64,000 nt of DNA, from the NCBI GenBank assembly GCA_023666145.1, contig JAMPCO010000002.1, positions 2,023 through 66,022 of the forward strand. The letters run 5' to 3'. The stretch comes from Prevotella sp. (GTDB taxonomy: Bacteria > Bacillota > Clostridia > Christensenellales > UBA1242). Position numbers and translations under genes: made by a program. Every line of letters begins with the position of its first letter. Position 1 is the first letter of the stretch. The notes beneath the pieces were generated by a model. It saw nothing but the letters and a program-made list of their open reading frames with translations, did no database searches and was not told the DNA's origin. Of this stretch, positions 54,106 through 62,297 are shown one piece after another.

Positions 54106-56100
54106 TTACCATTCAAACAAGTCACGACGTTCGGCGGTATTCACACGACGAATCACAATATCATTACGGCGGTGAATATCGTAATAAATCGATGCTTCGT
54201 CGAAAAACTTACCCGGGATATAAATATCGGGTGTCGGTAGCAATTTAATCGCACCCCGATTCAAGCATTCATAAAACAGCGTAACCTTACTGCGTAACGG
54301 GTGGAACGTGAAGCAATACACGAAAATATTGCCTGGCACAATATCCAACAATTCATTCGGTGGCAATAACGGACGGCTGGCGGTATTGGTGGCCGTTGAT
54401 TTACTGCCCCCTTCGGAATCGTTTTTCGCGGCTTTACCAGTGTTACGGCTGACGGTCGTACTTTCGGTGGTAATTTCCATATCCCCCATTAAATCGGAGA
54501 ACATTTTGCGCGTGTCCGTATCGTTGACACCAACAAAAACTTGGTGGTTGCAGTTATTACGTACCGTGACCGCGGTTTCTGCCCCGTACGTTGTTTCTAA
54601 CTGTTTATAATCTTGTAACACCAAGGTGAAGAAAATGCGGCGCGAACGCGAAACCGTAATCACGGTCGCGAAGTCATTGATTTTCGGCATATTACCAAAT
54701 TCGTCTAACACAAAGTACGTTGGCCACGGTAATTTGCCCCCACGTTCGTTCGCACTGGCCACCAACGATTTGTATAATTGGGAAATACACAATGTTGCCA
54801 ACGGATGGCGGACTTTAATTTGGTCGGGAATAATCAAAAAGAACGCCGTTGGTTTCTTGGCAAACTCATCGAATTTGATGTCGGTACCACTGGTAATGTA
54901 GCAAATGCCTTTATCGTTAAACATGGATAATTTTTGTGTCACAATCCCAAAGTAGTTGCGCATCGTGTTGTCGGCGTTTGATGTTACGGTCTGTGCCAAC
55001 GAAGCCGCAACCGACAAGTGGTCACGCCCTTCAAAATAATTCTTAATTGTCTTAAAGACGGCTTGGGGGTCATTATCACGAATGGATAAAATTTTATAGA
55101 TGTTATAGAAGTTAAATTTTTCGCGGGTCATTCCTAAATTGGGATTCAGGCTGTCTTCCAACATTGCCATGGCCGTACCTTGAATCATATCGCGTGCGCC
55201 CTGTTCCCAACTGGGGTCTTTTTCATTTTCAATCGGGCAAATCGCCGAACAGATGTCTTTAATATCGGCTTCCGCATCCGAAATCAATTGTTGGCGCAAA
55301 GTGCGCATTTCGTTTTCCGCCATTTCCTTGTTGGGGAAAGCAATCCCATTAAAAGCGTACCAAACGGGGGGATAACTGCTGGCGATAACACGTAAACCCA
55401 TTTTGGCGGGGTTAGCATTTTCGTAACGCTGAATTTCACGTTCCAAATGTTGCGCCCGTTGGAACATATCCCACGGCCTTTCAAACGGATTCCAACGTGA
55501 ACTGCGGATGGGGTCGTTCAAGTTAAACACCTGGACGTCATAACCTTGATGACGTAAACTTTCCGCCAAAGTATTATAAATTTCCCCTTTCGGATCGGTA
55601 ATCACCAAATTGGGCTTTTGATTGGAAAAACCCAGCGTATACAAAAACGGGAACACGTAACCTTGGGTTTTGGCGGCACCCGTCGTTCCCAAAATAATGG
55701 AGTGGAAATCTTTGGTAACCATGTTGATGTGAATATCACTGCCAATCAATTCAAAGCGCGCCAAGGGACCCGTTTGCTTTAACGATGATAATTGTGAGGC
55801 CTTGGTATAGATGTAGACTTTATCGCGTTCGGCGTCGGTCATCCAACGGTTAGAATAATATTGCGAAACGCCTTTTTTTTTCTTTTTGCCGTCGACATCC
55901 AAATATTTGAACAAAGCGAACGCCAACAGTCCCAACGGAACCAAAATCATTCCCGTACGGAAAAGACTATCATTCAAACCCAGGGGACTCATTATTTCAC
56001 GTCCATTCAACACATTTGTCGCCGCCAACAAGGCAACCACCACAACAATCAAACCACCAAGAATGATGAATGCCCATTTCCCCAATTTTTGTAAATTCAT
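54106..56100 (-). CDS. Type IV coupling protein-like ATPase (VirD4/TraG/TraD family), orphan
   Basis: 664 aa. Two N-terminal TM segments are present (WAFIILGGLIVVVVALLAA, ILVPLGLLAFALF). The P-loop is ILGTTGAAKTQG, followed by VITDPKGEIY and the Walker B sequence YFVLDEFGNMP, then FFTLVLQDYKQLE. This layout matches the T4SS-DNA_transf/TraG-D_C families as I know them. Confidence 0.75.
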   Translation of the reverse strand: MNLQKLGKWAFIILGGLIVVVVALLAATNVLNGREIMSPLGLNDSLFRTGMILVPLGLLAFALFKYLDVDGKKKKKGVSQYYSNRWMTDAERDKVYIYTKASQLSSLKQTGPLARFELIGSDIHINMVTKDFHSIILGTTGAAKTQGYVFPFLYTLGFSNQKPNLVITDPKGEIYNTLAESLRHQGYDVQVFNLNDPIRSSRWNPFERPWDMFQRAQHLEREIQRYENANPAKMGLRVIASSYPPVWYAFNGIAFPNKEMAENEMRTLRQQLISDAEADIKDICSAICPIENEKDPSWEQGARDMIQGTAMAMLEDSLNPNLGMTREKFNFYNIYKILSIRDNDPQAVFKTIKNYFEGRDHLSVAASLAQTVTSNADNTMRNYFGIVTQKLSMFNDKGICYITSGTDIKFDEFAKKPTAFFLIIPDQIKVRHPLATLCISQLYKSLVASANERGGKLPWPTYFVLDEFGNMPKINDFATVITVSRSRRIFFTLVLQDYKQLETTYGAETAVTVRNNCNHQVFVGVNDTDTRKMFSDLMGDMEITTESTTVSRNTGKAAKNDSEGGSKSTATNTASRPLLPPNELLDIVPGNIFVYCFTFHPLRSKVTLFYECLNRGAIKLLPTPDIYIPGKFFDEASIYYDIHRRNDIVIRRVNTAERRDLFEW

Positions 56101-56123
56101 ATTAACAATATAATAATTGAGAT

Positions 56124-56930
56124 TTAATCAATTAGGCAACTTGATTTTTGACAGTAAGATATTAACGCTTGCAACAAAGTCACTTTCAAAGAACGGCGTG
56201 TATCACTTTGCGCTTGTGTCCCCAGCATCTGCCAATGGGTAACATCAGTCAAAGTATCGCTGAAAAACACAAATTGTGCGAAACGGATACCCAAACGTTG
56301 CGCCGCTGCCGCAAAGCCCGCACATTCCATTTCAACCACCACCGCCCCCTGTTCACGGCGTTTCGCACAACGCACCGTGGTTTCGCGAAACATCGCATCC
56401 ATCGTCCAAGTAATTCCCCGCACCACTTTCATCCCGCCGCTTTGTAAAAATTTTTCCAGCCAAGCGGTTAACTGGGGATTAGTTGCCACATAAAGGGACG
56501 GTGGCAAATAATGATAACTGGCACCTTCGTCACGAATGGCTTTTTCAATCAACACACACGCGTCATCCGCAATCCGTGCATCCAACAAGCCCGCCGTACC
56601 ATACGCAATCACATTTTCAACCCCTAAGTACTTCAATTCCTCAATCACGGCGGCCGCGACGGGACTCCCTACCGTCATCAAAACGATGAAACATTGGTCA
56701 CGGTATTGGTAAATGGGAATTTTTCCCGAACGACCGTAAACGTAATACAATAACCGACTTTCCGCCAAGATTGGTGCTAACGCAGTACGGTCAAGATTTT
56801 CGCACAAGAACGTACAAAACGCAGTTTTGATTGGCACATCCAATTTGATTTGTCGATCGCCGTGCATAGCACTGGGTGTGATAATCGGTGCATCGTCAAA
56901 AAACTCTGCAATCGGTGGTAACTGCCCCAT
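56124..56930 (-). CDS. Nucleoside phosphorylase, PNP_UDP_1 family (uridine/purine nucleoside phosphorylase-like)
   Basis: 268 aa with the sequences AYGTAGLL, RDEGASYHY and VVEMECAGFAAAA. Its start shares one base with the upstream stop (TAATG). Confidence 0.7.
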   Translation of the reverse strand: MGQLPPIAEFFDDAPIITPSAMHGDRQIKLDVPIKTAFCTFLCENLDRTALAPILAESRLLYYVYGRSGKIPIYQYRDQCFIVLMTVGSPVAAAVIEELKYLGVENVIAYGTAGLLDARIADDACVLIEKAIRDEGASYHYLPPSLYVATNPQLTAWLEKFLQSGGMKVVRGITWTMDAMFRETTVRCAKRREQGAVVVEMECAGFAAAAQRLGIRFAQFVFFSDTLTDVTHWQMLGTQAQSDTRRSLKVTLLQALISYCQKSSCLID

Positions 56931-58429
56931 TACAAAATTTCCACATTCTTTTTATAAATCTTGGAAAATTCTTTACCCAATTTTTGCAATTGGTAAATTT
57001 CGGTTTTCGCCGCGTCCACATCAACCTTAACTTTTTTCATGTCGGTTTCGGTAATCAATTTGATAATTACGCTATCGCCTAACACATCGCACGAAATGTC
57101 TTTCACCACTTTTTGGTGACGCAGATTGATGGTATCCGCCATCGCTTCAATAATTGCCAGTTTACGCACCGCCATCAAATCTTCTTCTTCCATTAAATCC
57201 TTGTACTTGACCCATTCTGCCAACATGAAATCGTCCCAGTTACGGCAACTGGCAACGAACGCCGCCATGACAATTTCTTTGTGGCTCAGTCCGTATAAGT
57301 TTGCATTCAAAATGGCGTAATAGGTAATTTTACTGAAATTTTGTTTGTTGATGTTGACACCCAAATTCGACAATAAGGTCGCAACTTTCAAAATGCGGGT
57401 AAACGCACGTGGCAATTTGTGTAAGACCTTTAATTGTAGATACAGTGTGCTTGCCAAAAAGTATTGGTACTTGACGCTGTCTAAATCCAAATTGTTCGCC
57501 CAGATAATTGTTTCCACACTGTTTAGGCAAACGTCGTTGACGGGTTTATCATCTTCTTGCATCGTTAAACGGTGGGCGATACCCACATTACGGCCGTGAC
57601 GGTTAACGACGATTTTATTCAAATTAGTAAATTCCATAACCGCCAAAGCCAACGACATCCCGTTCATTAAATAACCAATCCCATTCGCCGTAATACCTTT
57701 CAATTTAGCACCACGTTCGACGTCCAATCCTTGCAAGAAAGTTAAGATTTCCGCGAAGTGCGTTTTGTCACTGTTGTAATTGTGGTCAACGTCAAACGGA
57801 TACTTTAATTTCTTACGGGATAAGCGCGCGAAGCCCGTGAAAATTTCACTGGAACCAATCACGGGAATTTCGGGGTCAACTTGTTTGAACGGTTCACCCG
57901 CCGCTTGCAACAAATTATTAAAATCTGCGACCGAAGTAAAATTTGCCGCGCCCATGGGAATGGTCGCACTGTTCAAAATCACACGACGACAATAATAAAC
58001 TAAACGCGTACTGGATGTTGAAACCGCCACAATTAAACCTTTGGCGATGTCAATCGTATTCACCACCGCGGTGTACAAGAGATTGACTTCCTCTTCTTCG
58101 GTTAATAATTTGAATTCCAAATCCAAGTCCGCGTTGATTTCTTCCAAGAATGAAATATAATTTTTCGCAGCGGTCAAATTAGCAGAGGCAACACAGTGGT
58201 ACTTGGTTACGCCGTTGGCAATCGCCAATTGTTTATACATTTGCAAAATATTGATACATTCTTTAATTTTTACGGTTTTAATCAATTCGCTGTTGGCCTG
58301 TAAATGTTGTTCGATACCGACATTTTCGGTGTACTCTTTTTCGACTTCAAAATACTTACTTTCTTCAATGCGCACAATCGACAATTTGATTTGATTGGTG
58401 CCTAACTCCATAATTGCAACTTTTGTCAT
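56930..58429 (-). CDS. Ppx/GppA-family phosphatase with a C-terminal HD-like domain
   Basis: 499 aa. The N-terminus VAIMELGTNQIKLSIVRI matches the Ppx/GppA pattern iDlGSNs-x-rL. The length and two-part layout are typical of exopolyphosphatase/pppGpp phosphohydrolase. Confidence 0.7.
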   Translation of the reverse strand: MTKVAIMELGTNQIKLSIVRIEESKYFEVEKEYTENVGIEQHLQANSELIKTVKIKECINILQMYKQLAIANGVTKYHCVASANLTAAKNYISFLEEINADLDLEFKLLTEEEEVNLLYTAVVNTIDIAKGLIVAVSTSSTRLVYYCRRVILNSATIPMGAANFTSVADFNNLLQAAGEPFKQVDPEIPVIGSSEIFTGFARLSRKKLKYPFDVDHNYNSDKTHFAEILTFLQGLDVERGAKLKGITANGIGYLMNGMSLALAVMEFTNLNKIVVNRHGRNVGIAHRLTMQEDDKPVNDVCLNSVETIIWANNLDLDSVKYQYFLASTLYLQLKVLHKLPRAFTRILKVATLLSNLGVNINKQNFSKITYYAILNANLYGLSHKEIVMAAFVASCRNWDDFMLAEWVKYKDLMEEEDLMAVRKLAIIEAMADTINLRHQKVVKDISCDVLGDSVIIKLITETDMKKVKVDVDAAKTEIYQLQKLGKEFSKIYKKNVEIL

Positions 58430-58435
58430 GGTGAA

Positions 58436-58464
58436 ATTTTACCATAAAGATTTGATTTTGTATA
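58436..58464 (-). promoter_or_regulatory. Promoter of the ppx-like gene, abutting its ATG
   Basis: Minus strand: TATACA (58459-58464), 17 nt, then TGG-TAAAAT (extended -10, 58436-58441), then 6 nt to the ATG at 58429. No SD is present. Confidence 0.5.
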
Positions 58465-58547
58465 GGTCTTCGTTGAAAGTTTTTTCCTTGCTAAAAGCGG
58501 CGATTTTAGTGTAGACTATCACTTATAGGTAGATGGAGAAAATGATA

Positions 58548-61214
58548 ATGAAAAAGTTCTGCAAATTGATGACACTCGTCTTAGTCATGGCCTTACTTTT
58601 GTTGACCCCAGGTGCGCCCGTGGCGGTCAATGCTTTGGCAAATTTAACCACCGTAAAGTCAACAGAGCAATATACTGCCCCCACGCAAAACGAAATGCTC
58701 AGTTTTGAATCCGTTGGTGATTATGGTTTAGATACTTGGAACGCACCAACGGGCAACTATTTGGTCAGCCAGCAGGTCACCGCCGAAACCAACAATAAAT
58801 TTCATGAAGAGTATCCTGACAATACCTTATCGACCGCTGGAATCAATAACAACTCGCCTTATGTCATTGCCACCAATACCTTGAATATGCCCGCCAACGG
58901 CGCTTACACCACCAACGCCATTACTTTAGCGGCGAATGGCTGTTACCAAATTACGGTTAATTATTATGTGGTCGAACAAAAAAATAATACCACACACAGT
59001 TCTGCCTTTGGGACTTTTTATTTGAACGATCAAGCCATCACCCTGTTACCACAAAACCAATGGGCGTCTGCGGCATTTTATGTGCGTACCGATCGATTAG
59101 CAACGGCGACCGTCACACCTGAATTGTATTTCGGTTCCCGCACGGATAACGCGTTGGGTGCAATTTATTTTGATAAGTTCACCGTTAACGCTATTAACCA
59201 AAAAACTTTTCATAACGCGGTAGCCGAATGCGATCCAACGTGCTATCTCGATTTTACCGCTGACGATGAATATGTTTTGGTAAAAGCATTTAAGAACCAA
59301 GCATTTACCACCACCACAACTACCAACGGAGAAAGTTACAACGATCTACCAACCGCCAGTATCCCAGAAAAATTAGGATTCCAAGCCGAGCAATCCTATT
59401 TCTATCCCCAAAGTGGCAACACCAATAACGTCATGTTGATGAAAGCCAATAATTCTGACACGGCTTTAACCTTGGAAGGTTACACCTTCCAACCGCGTCC
59501 GCATGAAGTTTATATGTTCCAATTTTATTCGATTGCCACCGCGGCAGAAGACTTTACTGGTTTTTATTTCATGATTGGTGACACCGCCGAAGAAATTGCG
59601 AGTTTGAGCAGTTATCCTTACCACAACGGCTGGCAACTGAATACAATTTTCTTCATTGCTGGTCATGACTTAGATCAAGAATACCAATTAAGTTTTAATT
59701 TAGGTAACGGCAGCGCGGTCACTGGTTGGGCTTGTATTGACGATTTTAACATTTATAAAGTCAACGGTAGTTACGCCGCTGATAATCGTTCCGCGGTTGG
59801 TGTACATGACACATATGATCAAAACGCCGATACCGCAACCACGGACATTGCGAATGGTTATTTTGAATCGGGTACCGCCGCGAACAACGTTAATCAACAA
59901 GACAGCAGTTACCCCTACCCGTTAATAGCCGATGATTGGGAAACCAGCAGCACAACGAATGGGATTGTTAATTTATCGTCGTCATCCTGGCGCGACCGTT
60001 TTGGCGACCATCCTGGTTTCATCAACAACAATGATGAAAATAATCACGTTTATATGATGTACAACAGCACCCCTACCACCAACGTGGTTACCAGTCCTGC
60101 CCTGTCGACGACCATTGGCGCGACTACTTACATCTCATTTGATGCCTACAGTTACACCACAACCCAAACCCGTGCTTATATTTTCTCCGCTGAAACCGAT
60201 GATGATGGTAATATCACCAACGAAATTATGTTAGGCAGTTACCTTGACATTAACAATCATGCTTGGCACCATTACGAATTTGCGATTATTGAAAGTGAAT
60301 ATGCCACCACACGATCCTATTATTTGCGCTTTGCAATGACGGGAATTGGTTATGCCTATTTTGATAACGTCCGTTCGACAACCGATGGGGCGTTCCAGTT
60401 TGCTACGGAGACACAAACCGACGCCGCTACCGTTGACTTAAACAATTTGTTATCCATCGATAAAGCGTGGCAAGCCACCGACGGTGTAACCGAATTTTAT
60501 TGTGGTGCCACCAAAAACGGCCTAACTTTGGAAAACAGTAATGGTCAAAAAACCATCGTGCAAAATACGTTCGACTACAATTTAACCACTGACAATTATT
60601 ACGAAGTTGTGATTTACGCACATGGCGTTAACGCTTATTTGGGTCTGAGCAATTACGACGGTTTACTGGCAGTCACCACGGATACGGTCAACGAAAATAT
60701 GTTGTACCCATACAAATTATATTTGCAACCAAGTGAAGAGGCGACCACCGTCAATTTTCAAGTTACCTTAGGCTACGTAACCGACGACGCGGACGACACC
60801 ACCGCCCCGATTGCTGACGGCAGCATTTTTATCAGCAGTTTTGAAATTAACAGTATTACCGAAGATGAATATAATCATGCCAGCGAAAACGCTACCAACG
60901 ATGCGCGTATGAAAGTTTTATCCCTAACTACCGAAACTGATGAAGTTGTTGATGATACCACCAGTGGCGGTTCCAGTAGTAACAATTTTTTCGGGGAAAA
61001 CTGGTGGTACTTGGTACCAACCTTAATTACCGCGTTGGCTTTGCTTTTGGCGATTGGTACTTTCTTATTCCGTAAAATTAAATTTGATAAACACATCACC
61101 AAGAAAAATACATCTTATGCCCGCGATATGCGTTTGAAAAATCAACAGAAGAAAATTGTTGCTCAAAAAGCCACAAAAGTAGATAATGTAACCGATGAGT
61201 CGCAAAGTAACTAA
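58548..61214 (+). CDS. Secreted, C-terminally TM-anchored protein with about four jelly-roll/CBM-like domains
   Basis: I prefer the ATG at 58548, which has a GGAGAA SD 7 nt upstream; the track start is 58533. The signal peptide is KKFCKLMTLVLVMALLLLTPGAPVAVNALA. Recurrent domain ends are IYFDKFTVNAI, ACIDDFNIYKV, AYFDNVRST and IFISSFEINSI. The C-terminal TM LVPTLITALALLLAIGTFLF is followed by a basic tail. Confidence 0.75.
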   Translation: MKKFCKLMTLVLVMALLLLTPGAPVAVNALANLTTVKSTEQYTAPTQNEMLSFESVGDYGLDTWNAPTGNYLVSQQVTAETNNKFHEEYPDNTLSTAGINNNSPYVIATNTLNMPANGAYTTNAITLAANGCYQITVNYYVVEQKNNTTHSSAFGTFYLNDQAITLLPQNQWASAAFYVRTDRLATATVTPELYFGSRTDNALGAIYFDKFTVNAINQKTFHNAVAECDPTCYLDFTADDEYVLVKAFKNQAFTTTTTTNGESYNDLPTASIPEKLGFQAEQSYFYPQSGNTNNVMLMKANNSDTALTLEGYTFQPRPHEVYMFQFYSIATAAEDFTGFYFMIGDTAEEIASLSSYPYHNGWQLNTIFFIAGHDLDQEYQLSFNLGNGSAVTGWACIDDFNIYKVNGSYAADNRSAVGVHDTYDQNADTATTDIANGYFESGTAANNVNQQDSSYPYPLIADDWETSSTTNGIVNLSSSSWRDRFGDHPGFINNNDENNHVYMMYNSTPTTNVVTSPALSTTIGATTYISFDAYSYTTTQTRAYIFSAETDDDGNITNEIMLGSYLDINNHAWHHYEFAIIESEYATTRSYYLRFAMTGIGYAYFDNVRSTTDGAFQFATETQTDAATVDLNNLLSIDKAWQATDGVTEFYCGATKNGLTLENSNGQKTIVQNTFDYNLTTDNYYEVVIYAHGVNAYLGLSNYDGLLAVTTDTVNENMLYPYKLYLQPSEEATTVNFQVTLGYVTDDADDTTAPIADGSIFISSFEINSITEDEYNHASENATNDARMKVLSLTTETDEVVDDTTSGGSSSNNFFGENWWYLVPTLITALALLLAIGTFLFRKIKFDKHITKKNTSYARDMRLKNQQKKIVAQKATKVDNVTDESQSN

Positions 61215-61707
61215 ATCAATCATTTGCGTAGTCATACTTGCCGCGATCATTGGTGTGGGCGTTGGTGTATATTTACATTACAATCAAGGGCCAATCGTCG
61301 GCAAGATTGTTTATGGTCAAAAGTATTATTTGCAAGATATACGTCCAACCGAACGTTTTGCGGGCGCCACAATGAACTCCGCCAGTTATTTTGAAATCAA
61401 TTACGACAAAAAGACTGGCAAACTGTATTTGGCTGGCTTGGAAGCCACTACTGCCCCCATTCCTTTCATTGTCACCAATTACAAAGAAGGCGTCAAACAA
61501 ACTACCATCGAATTTGAATATCTCATCGACCAAGGCGAAGAAACCCAATTACAACACTTACAAGCCGTCAGTGACGATTCTGGCATTCGCATCAAAGCGG
61601 TTGAATCGCACGGTGTCGAGGTCATCCAACAAAATGTGGACAAAGATTTGCAATCATTAGATTATGAAGTCACAATTTTGTTCTTTGCCAAACCGGAGGC
61701 GGCATGA
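61195..61707 (+). CDS. Small N-terminally anchored protein, unknown function
   Basis: 170 aa with the TM IICVVILAAIIGVGVGVYL. It overlaps the upstream gene by 20 nt. Confidence 0.6.
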   Translation: MSRKVTKSIICVVILAAIIGVGVGVYLHYNQGPIVGKIVYGQKYYLQDIRPTERFAGATMNSASYFEINYDKKTGKLYLAGLEATTAPIPFIVTNYKEGVKQTTIEFEYLIDQGEETQLQHLQAVSDDSGIRIKAVESHGVEVIQQNVDKDLQSLDYEVTILFFAKPEAA

Positions 61708-62126
61708 CCAAACAACGCGGAATTAAAATTGCCATTATTTGTGCTGTGATTGTGGTACTACTCGTCGGTGCTAGTCTGCTGGTTTACTTCAATTTTTTTA
61801 ATAAAATGTCATACCACTTGGTCGGCGTCGAAATTACGGATTGCACCGTCAGCGATTTTACCGACCAAACCGAATTGGAATTTTTCCAGGACGGCACTTT
61901 TCATTTGCAAATTAAACACAAAGAAAAAGGCCTATTATTAACGGGCATCGGCACTTACGTTTTTGAAAATCAAACCTATCAACTGAATTTTATCCAAGCC
62001 TACGCCCGTGACACCAACAATACGGTGGTGGACATTACCGAACAATGCAAAGACATAACTTGTGTACGCTCGGGTAACCGCATAAAATTAATGGACCACA
62101 AATCGCAAATCTATTATTTCGGGTAA
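61704..62126 (+). CDS. Small N-terminally anchored protein, unknown function
   Basis: 140 aa with the TM IAIICAVIVVLLVGASLLVYF. An ATGA start/stop overlap links it to the preceding gene. Confidence 0.6.
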   Translation: MTKQRGIKIAIICAVIVVLLVGASLLVYFNFFNKMSYHLVGVEITDCTVSDFTDQTELEFFQDGTFHLQIKHKEKGLLLTGIGTYVFENQTYQLNFIQAYARDTNNTVVDITEQCKDITCVRSGNRIKLMDHKSQIYYFG

Positions 62127-62267
62127 GCGATCACCCGACAACGCGCTGGCGTTGCAACAGGTACCACAATTTGTGCGGGTAACTCACTTTCATTACGACA
62201 GCGGTTGGCCAAGATGATGGTACACGGAGCCACACCACACATCCGCGCAATTTCGAATAACTTGCCT

Positions 62268-62296
62268 TTTACATATTTGATTTTTACAAACATAAT
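62268..62296 (+). promoter_or_regulatory. Promoter of the flippase gene, abutting its ATG
   Basis: TTTACA (62268-62273), 17 nt, then CATAAT (62291-62296). ATGs lie at 62298 and 62304, the latter 7 nt after the -10. No SD is present. Confidence 0.45.
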
Positions 62297-62297
62297 C

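Noticed and set aside
54106-56100. Reading the T4CP gene as evidence of an integrative conjugative element or plasmid segment
   Set aside because: No relaxase, VirB4/VirB6/VirB8-like protein, integrase, oriT-like repeat or partition gene is present in 64 kb. Its neighbours are housekeeping-type genes (ppx-like, nucleoside phosphorylase, tadA). An element border outside the window cannot be excluded.
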